Translations under genes and position numbers: made by a program
Part shown: one piece after another, positions 28,935-38,384 of the stretch
Layout: each line of letters begins with the position of its first letter
Numbering within the stretch: the first letter of the stretch is position 1
NCBI GenBank assembly: GCA_964569425.1
Contig: CAZMVD010000001.1
Span: forward strand, 325-64,324
Origin: an uncultured Phycisphaeraceae bacterium
GTDB taxonomy: Bacteria; Planctomycetota; Phycisphaerae; UBA1845
Direction of reading: 5' to 3'
Length of the DNA stretch: 64,000 bases
The notes under the pieces: model-generated
The model's database searches: none
Told to the model about the DNA's origin: nothing
The model's input: the letters and a program-made list of their open reading frames with translations, nothing else

Positions 28935-30497
28935 TTACGGAACCACCAGCGTGCTGTTCGGCAGGTTCCCCGTGAACGCGCGTTGCAGCAGTGCATAATC
29001 GACCAGCGTCACGTCCCCATCGGCGTCAACGTCCGCGATCGCGCAGCGGTCATCCGGCGTATGCCGCGAGCTTCCCACCGGCGAAAGGCACCCATGAAAG
29101 AACCGAACGTCCGCCAGGTCGACGTCGTTGTCGCCATCGTGGTCGAATTCCACGCGACCCAGCGAATCGAGAAAACGAAACAGCGCCGCCCGGTCGTCCG
29201 CGCCCAACGCGCGATAGGCCGACACCGACGGCGCCGCGGTGCCCCCGTGCAGCTCGATGCACCGCGCAGCACGATCGGCCGTCGCCGCTGCCGACACCCG
29301 CCCGTCGTGGAACACCGGAAACCGAATGCGAAAACCCCATAGCGGCGTGGTCCGCATTTCGTGCGCCGCGGCATCGCCCTGCCCGATGCCGTCCGCCGAA
29401 TCGCCCATGTCGTGCAGCAGAAAATCGGCATACGGCTTGATCGTCCGGCCGCGCAGCGCTTCCTCCAAACCCGCCGCGTCCGACGTGACCAGTGCCGGCA
29501 CGTGGCAGTCGGCGCAGCCAATTGACTGAAACACCGCTTCGCCGCGCATCCCCGACCGCGGCGTTTGCGGCGGTGCCGCCAGGAAGCGCTGAAAGTCGGT
29601 CACCCGGTCCAGAAAGTCGACGCCCTGCTCGTCGGGCACCAGCTCCGGATCGGGCACGTCGTCGCACAGCGCAACCCGCGCCACGTCGCCGTTGGGCGCC
29701 GCCTCGGTGGGCATCAGCCGATTGGTCAGCCCCTGCTCATTCAGCGCCGCCGACGCAGAAAACGAGAGAACCGTCGGCATCTGCGACTTGAACCCGAATC
29801 GCCCCACCCTTGGGGGAGCATCGGACGCATCTTCCAACGCACGAACGTGGTGCACCCTTCCGCGAACCGTGCCCCGGCGCTGCGCCGCAAGTTCCACCAG
29901 CGCGGCGTCGGCCACCGCCTCGATCAGCCCGCCGCCGAGCACCGACGAAGTAATGCGATGGGACACCACGTTGGCTTCCTCGGGAATCACCTCGGCACAC
30001 GCCTCGTCAATGAACTCCGATTGCAGAATCGGCCCGCCAAGGTGCGACAGGGGATCAAACCCTTCCTCCCGGTTTCGACCGAACATGGTGATGCTGCTGG
30101 TGCCCGACCCGCCGATGGGGTTGCTGTGGCACGCAATGCAACTGTGCATGTTGTGGATCGGCCCCAAGCCGTCTTCGGGTTGAAACACCCGCCCGAACGC
30201 CGCCTTGCCGTCGTAAAACCTCGCGAGCTGGAACGGGGTCAATCCGGCCAGCGGCTCGCCCAGCCGCGGCTGCAACTCCGGCAACCGGCGCGCCCCATCG
30301 GCGGCGGGACGGGCGGACAACGGCGCCGGCGTTGCTTTCTCGACCGCATCGGGTTCGACATCCACCAGTTGAGAAACCGCATCGCTTTGCCGGCTCGGCG
30401 TCAAACAGGCGACCGCCACCCACCCCATCAACAAGCCGCCGGCCAATCGGAGGATATGACGGACAACGGGTCGGCGCTGAACGTTACGACGAAACAT
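28935..30497 (-). CDS. di-heme cytochrome c oxidoreductase/peroxidase-like protein (DUF1111-type) with a dockerin-like C-terminal module
   Basis: Two CxxCH motifs: CIACHSNP and CADCHVP. N-terminal signal/TM. C-terminal DHDGDNDVDLADV...DVDADGDVTLVDYALLQRAF. Confidence 0.75.
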   Translation of the reverse strand: MFRRNVQRRPVVRHILRLAGGLLMGWVAVACLTPSRQSDAVSQLVDVEPDAVEKATPAPLSARPAADGARRLPELQPRLGEPLAGLTPFQLARFYDGKAAFGRVFQPEDGLGPIHNMHSCIACHSNPIGGSGTSSITMFGRNREEGFDPLSHLGGPILQSEFIDEACAEVIPEEANVVSHRITSSVLGGGLIEAVADAALVELAAQRRGTVRGRVHHVRALEDASDAPPRVGRFGFKSQMPTVLSFSASAALNEQGLTNRLMPTEAAPNGDVARVALCDDVPDPELVPDEQGVDFLDRVTDFQRFLAAPPQTPRSGMRGEAVFQSIGCADCHVPALVTSDAAGLEEALRGRTIKPYADFLLHDMGDSADGIGQGDAAAHEMRTTPLWGFRIRFPVFHDGRVSAAATADRAARCIELHGGTAAPSVSAYRALGADDRAALFRFLDSLGRVEFDHDGDNDVDLADVRFFHGCLSPVGSSRHTPDDRCAIADVDADGDVTLVDYALLQRAFTGNLPNSTLVVP

Positions 30498-30581
30498 CTA
30501 TTGTCTAATCGGCGAAAGGGCCCCCGCGGCCCAAGTACCGCTGGCACCATGCCGCGGCTGACATCGTCCGCGAGATTGACC

Positions 30582-31457
30582 TCAGCCCGGGGCGATCAAG
30601 AACACCGCGGCGGTGATCTCGGAATGGAACCGAGCCAACGCGCTGAAACCTACCAGGATCAGCCCGGCGGCCTGACCTTCCCAGCCGCACTGTCGACGAC
30701 TCTCCGGATGCCGGCCGGACAGGTGACCCTTGCGCCGGATCTTCCGCCGCCGCCACCACGCACGGAACGAGTGCGCGTCGAAGAACGACAACACCACGCC
30801 CACTCGCGCCACGCGGGCAAACTCCTTGAGTACGGCAATGCGCTGCTCCGGCTCCGAGAAATGGTGCAGCAGCCGCGCGCAAAGCACCACGTCCACGCTG
30901 CGATCCGGCAGCGGCAATTGAAACGCCGATCCCGCCGCGCAGCGCACCCCACCCGTAAACAAGTCGTGATAGGCTCGCCCCTGGCGCAGCATTGCGTCCG
31001 CGGTATCCATCGCGGTGACCGACACGCCGAACTCAGCCAAGACAGGCAGGAACCGCCCGGTGCCCGAAGGGCAATCGAGCACCGTCTCGAACGGCTGCCG
31101 CCGACGCAACTGCCGCAGGCTGCGGCGGATCATCGCCCGTTCCAGGTAATTCGCTATGCGCTTGCCAAGAGATGCATCGTGCTTTTGCGCGTAGAACTGG
31201 GCGAAGTTGTCGTCCTTGTATTTCTGCCCGAACTGCCGAAATGTCCACTTGCCGTCCAAGGTCGTTTCTCCCGCAAGTTCGTGCCCGGCCCATGACGACG
31301 CGGTGCCGCAACGCGGTTCGGTTTCCGACTTCGCACGGCCCGGGCTAACCGGGCATCGTACCTCAGCGACAGCGAAGACCGGAAGTCCCGTGGCTCGGCT
31401 GATTTGTAACGACTCCGGCACAACAAGGGCGATGCCCTCCGGTCGGCAGTCAGCCAA
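30582..31457 (-). CDS. class I SAM-dependent methyltransferase
   Basis: VLDCPSGTGRFLPVLA (motif I) and DRSVDVVLCARLLHHF. 8-nt overlap with the upstream gene. The N-terminal roughly 70 aa are uncertain. Confidence 0.75.
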   Translation of the reverse strand: MADCRPEGIALVVPESLQISRATGLPVFAVAEVRCPVSPGRAKSETEPRCGTASSWAGHELAGETTLDGKWTFRQFGQKYKDDNFAQFYAQKHDASLGKRIANYLERAMIRRSLRQLRRRQPFETVLDCPSGTGRFLPVLAEFGVSVTAMDTADAMLRQGRAYHDLFTGGVRCAAGSAFQLPLPDRSVDVVLCARLLHHFSEPEQRIAVLKEFARVARVGVVLSFFDAHSFRAWWRRRKIRRKGHLSGRHPESRRQCGWEGQAAGLILVGFSALARFHSEITAAVFLIAPG

Positions 31458-32682
31458 TTCGATCGGCCAGCCACAGCAGCAGGCGCCTATCGCCGGTCAC
31501 TTGCAGTCCGCCACGCCGCAGGAGGTCGTACACATCCGCCCGCCCGTTGACCACGGCCAGCCAGGTTCCCACGTCCGTGTGGAGAATCAGGTCCGTTCGC
31601 TGTGGAAGCCGGGGCTCAATCCGCACGCCGCGCCCGTCGACCAGGAGGATCCGGGCAGTGCCATCGCCGCCCTGCGCCGCAGACAAGCGAATGGCTACAC
31701 AGCGATCGCCGAGGTCTGCCCGGCCTGCGGCATCGGCCGACAGCCGCGCGTGGAGCAACGAGGCGAACTCTTCCGCGCTGTGCACCGGCGGCCGTGACCG
31801 AGCGGAGGACACGTGCCGCCGAAGCCGTTCGAGCCCGGCAGCGACGGCAAAGCGCCGCGCCTCGGCCTTCGCGCGGCGGCGCGCCAGCCCGACCAGGCGA
31901 CGCACCCGCTTTCGATTAGACGGTGTCAGCCTATTAGCACTCAGATAAGCCCGCACGAGCCGGGTGATACCACCGCGCACGCCCGCGGCCAGCGCCGTCG
32001 CCGCCACGTCGGCAAGATCGCTCTCGGCCTGCGCCGCCGGTACCTGCCCCGCGAAGAATCGTCCGCGGGTGTCGGGGTCGATGAACGCCACCGCGAAACG
32101 CCCGGAAGGCTCGCACCGCACGAGAATGTTCCGCCAGAACAGCGCCCCGTGAAACACGCCCGCGGCGTGCAACGCGCGGACGGAACTCCCCAGATCGTCG
32201 ATCAGCCGCCGCCGTACCCCGGCGGGAATCCTCCCCGATCGCCGTACGTCATCCACCCAGCGGTCGAGCGACACGGCGCCCACGGCTCCCTCGGTCGCGA
32301 GGAACGCCGCGCGCAGCAGTCCACGGCGGCGCTTCTCCCCATAGGCCACCGGGCGAACAGCCGGTGCCCCGCGTCGCCGCATCTCCTCCAGAAACTCGAA
32401 CTCGAAGCGTGCCCGCGAACGCCCCACCCATCCCCCGCGAAACAACAGCCGCAGCCGCTGGGCGGGTCGATCGTAACGATAGCGCTTGATGAACAGCAGC
32501 GGCGGCGCGCCGGGTGCCGATTCCGTGCTGACGCGCACCACGTCCGACGTTCCGCTGAGCGCCACGGCGCCGGCCGCCGGAATCTTCATGATTTGATTGA
32601 CGGAGCGAAAGCCGAGTCTTTCAAACCACGGGCGGTCATCAGGGGAAACATGAACCAGTTCGGAAGACAAGGCCGCTGCCAT
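31450..32682 (-). CDS. Kdo/WaaP (lipopolysaccharide kinase) family-like domain fused to a C-terminal SCP2 sterol/lipid-binding domain; the catalytic Asp is replaced
   Basis: LLFIKRYRY (ATP Lys), GVFHGALFWRNILV (family consensus H-x-D-L-x-x-x-N-I-L), AFIDPD. C-terminus ...LILHTDVGTWLAVVNGRADVYDLLRRGGLQVTGDRRLLLWL is SCP2-like. Confidence 0.7.
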   Translation of the reverse strand: MAAALSSELVHVSPDDRPWFERLGFRSVNQIMKIPAAGAVALSGTSDVVRVSTESAPGAPPLLFIKRYRYDRPAQRLRLLFRGGWVGRSRARFEFEFLEEMRRRGAPAVRPVAYGEKRRRGLLRAAFLATEGAVGAVSLDRWVDDVRRSGRIPAGVRRRLIDDLGSSVRALHAAGVFHGALFWRNILVRCEPSGRFAVAFIDPDTRGRFFAGQVPAAQAESDLADVAATALAAGVRGGITRLVRAYLSANRLTPSNRKRVRRLVGLARRRAKAEARRFAVAAGLERLRRHVSSARSRPPVHSAEEFASLLHARLSADAAGRADLGDRCVAIRLSAAQGGDGTARILLVDGRGVRIEPRLPQRTDLILHTDVGTWLAVVNGRADVYDLLRRGGLQVTGDRRLLLWLADRIG

Positions 32683-32806
32683 CTCCAGCCCGCGAGAATC
32701 TCAATCCTGCAGTGCTGGCCAACAGCGTAACTCCGCGGGGAAACACCGCAATAGGTGTGGTGAGAACTTGCTGCGAAGCAGTCTGCAATCCCAGGTATTG
32801 CTGCCG

Positions 32807-34003
32807 TCACTCCAGCGCCAGCGACTTCAATGGCGGTGCGAGCAACTCCGCGACCCGGTGGTGCCCATATCGGTTAAAATGACAGAAGTCGAAATAGACG
32901 GATGGGTCATCATACGCCAAGTCCGCCGTGTCTACGAGGGCAACGCCAAGGCCGTCGGCCACCTCGCGCATGATCCGGTGGTAATCGGTGTCTGGAGAGA
33001 GCAGACTCCCACCATGCACGGAGTGATATGACTTGTGCATGACCCGCGTGATCGCAGCGTCTACCGGGTGCCCCACCTTATCATAGAGACTCGATAACTT
33101 GACTTGCGCAATCGTGGAAAACATATCGTCCATTAGAATCGCAGCCTTGTAGCGATCGGCCGCCACCCAATAATCGCCGGCGGTCCAGAAATCCAACCCC
33201 TGCCTCAAATTCGCTGTCGAATGGGGATTGTCGTGAAAGAGCACAAATAGAAGGGGAATCGCTTTTGACTTCGTCCAGGTCGCGAGTCGGGTCAGATTCT
33301 CGCGATAATCATCAGGGGATACTCTCGGATGTAGCCGAGAAACGTCGTCGGCACCCGCGGACCCCGCGCCACCGGATTTCCTGAACCGCCGCAACCCACG
33401 TTGCATGCCACAAAACAGGTGAGATTTCTCCAGCGCGGACACTTTGGACTGCGCCTTCAAACTGCCAAATCGCTTCGGACCGTCAATCTCCGAAGGATCC
33501 AACACATAACGCCGGTCATTAATGTTGAAGGCCGCAACGATCAACGAAGGAGCGACGCGTTCAGCGTACTCCATGACGGCCTGGTACCCCTGATAAGATG
33601 AGTAGCCCGGAACGGCGAGATTGATGCAGTGCGCATGCCCCAGGGTTCGGTCCAGAATCTCCACAAACGTATGTTCGGCATCCACGCCGATTCCAAAAGT
33701 GATCGAATCGCCAAAGAACACAACCCGAGGTTTGGATCGGTCTGAGTCTATCTTGGTCGTGTCGACCGAGAGAAACCCGTCACGGTCAAAAGTGCGTGGC
33801 GGACCATACACCCTTCCACTGAAACCCGGGCGCCGGTCCCAGCCCAGGACGTCCGAATACACATACCACGAATCCTCCTCTCTAACGTCGTGCAGGACCG
33901 TGGAGGCGACGCGCGCACATGCTTCGAGCCCCAGGAGCGCCAAGGCACAAACGAGCAGTCCCAATCTGAGTTTATATCGTCGGCCCGGAGGCATTGGTCC
34001 CAC
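32807..34003 (-). CDS. SGNH/GDSL-family hydrolase
   Basis: Block I VVFFGDSITFGIGV. N-terminal TM/signal. Block V-like FDFCHFN near the C-terminus. Confidence 0.75.
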   Translation of the reverse strand: MGPMPPGRRYKLRLGLLVCALALLGLEACARVASTVLHDVREEDSWYVYSDVLGWDRRPGFSGRVYGPPRTFDRDGFLSVDTTKIDSDRSKPRVVFFGDSITFGIGVDAEHTFVEILDRTLGHAHCINLAVPGYSSYQGYQAVMEYAERVAPSLIVAAFNINDRRYVLDPSEIDGPKRFGSLKAQSKVSALEKSHLFCGMQRGLRRFRKSGGAGSAGADDVSRLHPRVSPDDYRENLTRLATWTKSKAIPLLFVLFHDNPHSTANLRQGLDFWTAGDYWVAADRYKAAILMDDMFSTIAQVKLSSLYDKVGHPVDAAITRVMHKSYHSVHGGSLLSPDTDYHRIMREVADGLGVALVDTADLAYDDPSVYFDFCHFNRYGHHRVAELLAPPLKSLALE

Positions 34004-34121
34004 TCACGGGAACTGATGCAGTCAGTTCAATGATCTTCGGCCAACGATCTCACATGCTTGAACGCAACGAAGCGCGACATGCTCTGCCCCGCCACGAACT
34101 GAAACGCACCATTGTACCCGA

Positions 34122-34205
34122 TGCCGGAGGAGGGAATCGAACCCTCACTCTGTTGCCAGAACGGGATTTTGAATCCCGCGCGTCTGCCAATTCCGCCACT
34201 CCGGC
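34122..34205 (-). tRNA. tRNA-Leu (anticodon CAA)
   Basis: Reverse complement GCCGGAGTGGCGGAATTGGCAGACGCGCGGGATTCAAAATCCCGTTCTGGCAACAGAGTGAGGGTTCGATTCCCTCCTCCGGCA. 7-bp acceptor stem, anticodon loop TTCAAAA, long variable arm, T-loop GGTTCGATTCC. CCA is not encoded. Confidence 0.9.
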
Positions 34206-34310
34206 TGCGGGGACCGAGGAAACATCCGCCGGCCCTGAAGCCCGCTGCGAGGTCTCCGAAATTCGCACGTCCGCGCGGGCTTGAGGCCCGCGGCTCGATG
34301 GCGCCATGTC

Positions 34311-36134
34311 TTATTCGACGGTGACGCTCTTGGCAAGGTTCCGCGGCTTGTCCACGTTGCACCCGCGCAACACCGCCGCGTGATAGGCTATCAACTGCAG
34401 GGGTATCACCGTGAGCAGCGGCTGCAGCGGCTCCAGCGTATCCGGCACGTAGAGCACGTGCTCCGCCAGTCGGCCGATTTCCTGGTCGCCCTCGGTCGCC
34501 ACCGCGATCACGCTGCCGCCTCGCGCCCGCACCTGCGCGATGTTGTTCAGAATCTTGTGGTATTGCAGACCGGCGGTGGCGATGCACACCACCGGCATCC
34601 CGTCGGTAATCAACGCGATCGGCCCGTGCTTCATTTCCGCCGCCGGGAGCCCCTCCGCATGAATGTACGCGATTTCCTTGATCTTCAGGGCACCCTCCAG
34701 CGCCACCGGGTAGTTAAAGCCGCGACCCAGGTAGAGCCAGTTGTCCTGTTCCGCAAAACGCTCGGCGACGGCTTTCGCCGCCTCTGCATGCTCGAGCATC
34801 TGCTTCATCTGGGCGGGAATCTGCGACAACGCCGCGATGAACTGCGCCGCCGCCGCGGGCGACATGTGCTTTCGCCTGCCCAGGTAACAGGCCATCATGG
34901 ACAACACGGCCACCTGACCGGTAAACGCCTTGGTGCTGGCCACGCCGATTTCCGGTCCGACGTGCAGGTACACACCCGCGTCCGTTTCGCGGGCGATGGT
35001 TGAACCAACCACATTGACCGCACCCAGTACCAGCGCCCCGCGCTGCTGTCCTTCCCGAACGGCCGCGAGGGTGTCCATGGTCTCGCCGCTCTGCGACACG
35101 GCAATGAGCACGGTACCGTCGTCAATCACCGGATTGCGGTAGCGAAACTCGCTGGCGTATTCCGTTTCCGTGGGGATGCGGGCCATTTCCTCGAAGAGAT
35201 ACTCGCCGACCAGCCCGGCATGCCACGCCGTGCCACAGGCCGTGATAATGATGCGCTTGGCACGAGTGAGTTCACGCGTGCAGTTGATCAATCCGCCCAG
35301 GTGCACCGCGCCTTCCGCCAGGTCGATGCGCCCCCGCAGGCAGTTGGCCAGCGCTTCGGGCTGCTCGCAAATCTCCTTGAGCATGAAATGCTCGTACCCG
35401 GCCAGTTCAATCTGCTCCAGGGTCCATTCGATCTCTTCCGCCTGGCGGGAAACGGGAATGGCGTCCAACGTCGTCAGGCGCAACGAGTGCGGTGTGATCC
35501 TGGCGATTTCGCCATCTTCCAGATAGACCACCTGCGTGGTATGCGCCAGAATCGCCGCTGCATCGGACGCCAGAATGTGCTCACCTTTTCCTACCCCGAC
35601 CAGCAGCGGGCTGCCTTTGCGCGCCGCAACAATCACGTCGGGTTCGTCAGCGCACATCACCGCAATGCCGTAAGTGCCCGAGACCTCGTGTAGAGCGGTG
35701 CGCACGGCCCGTTCGAGATCGCCGTCGTAAAGCTGCGCAATAAGCTGCGCCAGCACCTCCGTGTCCGTCTCGCTCCGAAAGGCCACGCCTTTCTGCTGAA
35801 GAAACTTCCGTAAAGCGCGGTCGTTCTCAATAATTCCGTTGTGTACGACGGCGAATCGCCCGGATTCATCGGTGTGCGGGTGGGCGTTGGCGTCGGTCAC
35901 GCCACCGTGGGTGGCCCAACGGGTGTGGCCCATTCCCCGCGTCTGCGGCGCAGAAAAATCGAGTTGCTGCTCCAGCACAAAGAGCCGTCCGGCGGACTTC
36001 TGAACCTGGATGCCGGCGTCGCTGACCAGCGCAACCCCCGCGGAATCGTACCCGCGGTACTCCAGTCGGCGCAGACCCTCGACCAGTATGGGCAGTGCCG
36101 CCCGCCCTCCGACGTAACCGACGATTCCGCACAT
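34311..36134 (-). CDS. glmS: glutamine--fructose-6-phosphate aminotransferase (isomerizing)
   Basis: MCGIVGYVG N-terminus (catalytic Cys2). Two SIS domains. C-terminal KSVTVE. Start at ATG 36134. Confidence 0.95.
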   Translation of the reverse strand: MCGIVGYVGGRAALPILVEGLRRLEYRGYDSAGVALVSDAGIQVQKSAGRLFVLEQQLDFSAPQTRGMGHTRWATHGGVTDANAHPHTDESGRFAVVHNGIIENDRALRKFLQQKGVAFRSETDTEVLAQLIAQLYDGDLERAVRTALHEVSGTYGIAVMCADEPDVIVAARKGSPLLVGVGKGEHILASDAAAILAHTTQVVYLEDGEIARITPHSLRLTTLDAIPVSRQAEEIEWTLEQIELAGYEHFMLKEICEQPEALANCLRGRIDLAEGAVHLGGLINCTRELTRAKRIIITACGTAWHAGLVGEYLFEEMARIPTETEYASEFRYRNPVIDDGTVLIAVSQSGETMDTLAAVREGQQRGALVLGAVNVVGSTIARETDAGVYLHVGPEIGVASTKAFTGQVAVLSMMACYLGRRKHMSPAAAAQFIAALSQIPAQMKQMLEHAEAAKAVAERFAEQDNWLYLGRGFNYPVALEGALKIKEIAYIHAEGLPAAEMKHGPIALITDGMPVVCIATAGLQYHKILNNIAQVRARGGSVIAVATEGDQEIGRLAEHVLYVPDTLEPLQPLLTVIPLQLIAYHAAVLRGCNVDKPRNLAKSVTVE

Positions 36135-36363
36135 AAGCAAGACCTCGTGTGGTAATTCCACGCCGGCGCTCCACGCCCCACCGGGCCGCGACCGCCGGCA
36201 TACCTGATGCCCACGACCGACCGGGGAGGCCGGAACACCTACTTGAGATTATCGGTGCATCCATCCCAGAGGGCAAACCGAAATGGTCATTCCCAGAAAC
36301 CGCTCTTGTCCCCTTACTCCACGATACCCCGGGCCTACGCATGGCTGACGGATTGGGCGTATA

Positions 36364-37767
36364 ATGGGCGGGAAGGGACTCGTGACATTGGACCTGTTTT
36401 CCGAACAACGCAGCCGTCATCGTGCCCAGGCGGAACCCCTGGCCGTCCGCATGCGTCCGCGCAGCCTGGATGAATTCGTCGGTCAGCAAACTTTCCTGGG
36501 CGAGGGCAAGCTACTGCGCCGCATGTTGCAGGCTGATCGCATTACCAGCGCGTTGTTCTACGGCCCTCCCGGAACCGGCAAGACCACGCTGGCCACGATC
36601 ATCGCGGCGCACACCCGCTCGCACTTCGAGCAGGTCAACGCGGCATCCGTCGGCGTGAAGGAAATCCGAGATATTCTCCGCGCGGCGCGGGAGCGGCTGG
36701 AAACCGCCGGTCAGCGCACCATATTGTTCGTCGACGAACTGCACCGTTTCAACCGCGCCCAGCAGGACGTCCTTCTGGGCGACGTGGAAAACGGCATCAT
36801 CATTCTGATCGGTGCCACCACCGAGAACCCGTTCTTTGCGGTCAACAGTCCATTGATCTCGCGCAGCCAAATCTTCCAGTTCGAGCCGCTATCCGAGGCC
36901 GACGTAAAGACGTTGTTACGCCGCGCCGCGGAAGACCGGGAACGCGGATTAGGTACGTACGCCTTCACCCTGTCCGACGAGGCGGCGGACCACCTCGCCG
37001 TGACCTCAGACGGCGATGCCCGTCGCGCGCTTACGGCGCTGGAAATCGCTGTGCTCTCACAAGCGGGTCGGGCCGGAAACCATTCCTTCGTCGTAAATCT
37101 CGATGTCGCCGCGGAGTCCATCCAGCGGAAAGCGATTCAATACGACCCCACGGGCGACACGCATTACGATGCCATCAGCGCGATGATCAAGTCCATTCGC
37201 GGCAGCGACCCGGACGCGACGGTCTACTGGATGGCGCGCATGCTGGAAGCGGGCGAGGACCCGCGTTACATCGCCCGCCGCATCGTCATCGCCGCCGCCG
37301 AAGACATTGGCAACGCCGACCCGATGGGGCTGGTGCTGGCCCAGGCCGCCGCCGATGCCACGTTGATGGTCGGCATGCCGGAATGCCAGTTGCCCTTGGC
37401 CCAGGCAGCCATTTACCTGGCGTGTGCACCCAAGTCGAACGCCTCGGCGATGGCCATTTGGACCGCCGCGGAAGATGTGCGCAACGGCCGCACGCTACCA
37501 GTTCCCCGGTCTTTGCGTGCCACCGGCTATTCCGGTGCCGAGCGACTCGGCGCCGGCGTGGGCTACCAGTATCCCCACGCTGCCGCAGACGCTATAGTGG
37601 CGCAGGATTACCTTGGCGTAGATAAGACCTATTACACGCCAAGCGGGCGCGGTGCCGAAGTAAACATGGCACAGTACTTGGCCGCCGTTCGCCGCACGAT
37701 TGCTGACTCGGCCGGTACCGCAAAGCGCGGTCGCGGCGACATCCCGGAACACGAGGCGCCTTCTTGA
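36364..37767 (+). CDS. rarA: replication-associated recombination protein A (AAA+ ATPase)
   Basis: FYGPPGTGKTTLA, FVDELHRFN, MgsA C-terminal region DPRYIARRIVIAAAEDIGNADP. Confidence 0.9.
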   Translation: MGGKGLVTLDLFSEQRSRHRAQAEPLAVRMRPRSLDEFVGQQTFLGEGKLLRRMLQADRITSALFYGPPGTGKTTLATIIAAHTRSHFEQVNAASVGVKEIRDILRAARERLETAGQRTILFVDELHRFNRAQQDVLLGDVENGIIILIGATTENPFFAVNSPLISRSQIFQFEPLSEADVKTLLRRAAEDRERGLGTYAFTLSDEAADHLAVTSDGDARRALTALEIAVLSQAGRAGNHSFVVNLDVAAESIQRKAIQYDPTGDTHYDAISAMIKSIRGSDPDATVYWMARMLEAGEDPRYIARRIVIAAAEDIGNADPMGLVLAQAAADATLMVGMPECQLPLAQAAIYLACAPKSNASAMAIWTAAEDVRNGRTLPVPRSLRATGYSGAERLGAGVGYQYPHAAADAIVAQDYLGVDKTYYTPSGRGAEVNMAQYLAAVRRTIADSAGTAKRGRGDIPEHEAPS

Positions 37768-38336
37768 CCGTAAAGACCGACCTTCGACAGCGTGTTCGCA
37801 AGGTGCTCGCGGACATTCCCCCCGACGAAATGACGGCCAAATCCCTGCGCGCCTGCCACCGGTTGTTTGAGCGCTCCCAGTTTCTCAAGGCCGAAGTGAT
37901 CATGGTCTTTCTCTCCCTGCCCAGCGAGGTGGACACCTCGCCGATCGTGCTCCGCTGCTGGCAGGCGCGCAAACGAGTCCTGGCACCGAAGGTGAGCTGG
38001 AATCAGCGGCGTATGCTGCCGGTGGAGATCCGCTCCCTGACCGACGACCTGATGGTCTCCACGATGGGCATTCGCGAGCCGGTGGCGGGGATTCCCTTCC
38101 CCATCGCCCTGATAGACATGGTCATCGTTCCGGGGCTGGCATTTGACGAATACGGCAATCGGCTGGGTCGCGGCCGCGGGTTTTATGACCGCTTCCTCGC
38201 CCATCCGGAATTCAAGGGCATCGCCTGCGGACTGGCCTTCGAAGAGCAGATCCTGCCCTCGGTGCCCGTCGGCCCTCTCGACCGGCATGTCGATATGGTG
38301 GTCACCGACGAAAAGGTACGTCGATTCAAGTCATGA
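37764..38336 (+). CDS. 5-formyltetrahydrofolate cyclo-ligase
   Basis: VPGLAFDEYGNRLGRGRGFYDRFL signature. 4-nt overlap with rarA. Confidence 0.85.
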   Translation: MTVKTDLRQRVRKVLADIPPDEMTAKSLRACHRLFERSQFLKAEVIMVFLSLPSEVDTSPIVLRCWQARKRVLAPKVSWNQRRMLPVEIRSLTDDLMVSTMGIREPVAGIPFPIALIDMVIVPGLAFDEYGNRLGRGRGFYDRFLAHPEFKGIACGLAFEEQILPSVPVGPLDRHVDMVVTDEKVRRFKS

Positions 38337-38384
38337 GCCGGCATCAACCGGCCGAAGTGAGGCAAGAACGCCCGCTCGCCGATC

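Noticed and set aside
29565-31295. 576-aa plus-strand ORF
   Set aside because: It lies antisense to the di-heme and methyltransferase genes. Its Arg/Pro/His/Gln-rich, low-complexity translation is typical of off-frame reading in GC-rich DNA. The opposite strand carries motif-supported genes.
36135-36363. Possible glmS ribozyme upstream of glmS
   Set aside because: The minus-strand leader contains GGGATGGATGCACCGATAATC...GGCCTCCCCGG, vaguely like GGAUGGAGGUUAUCGA...GCCUCCCGG. However, the invariant GACGAGG core and the AGCGCC cleavage-site context are absent. The resemblance is most likely chance in a divergent promoter region. A cmscan with the glmS model would settle it.
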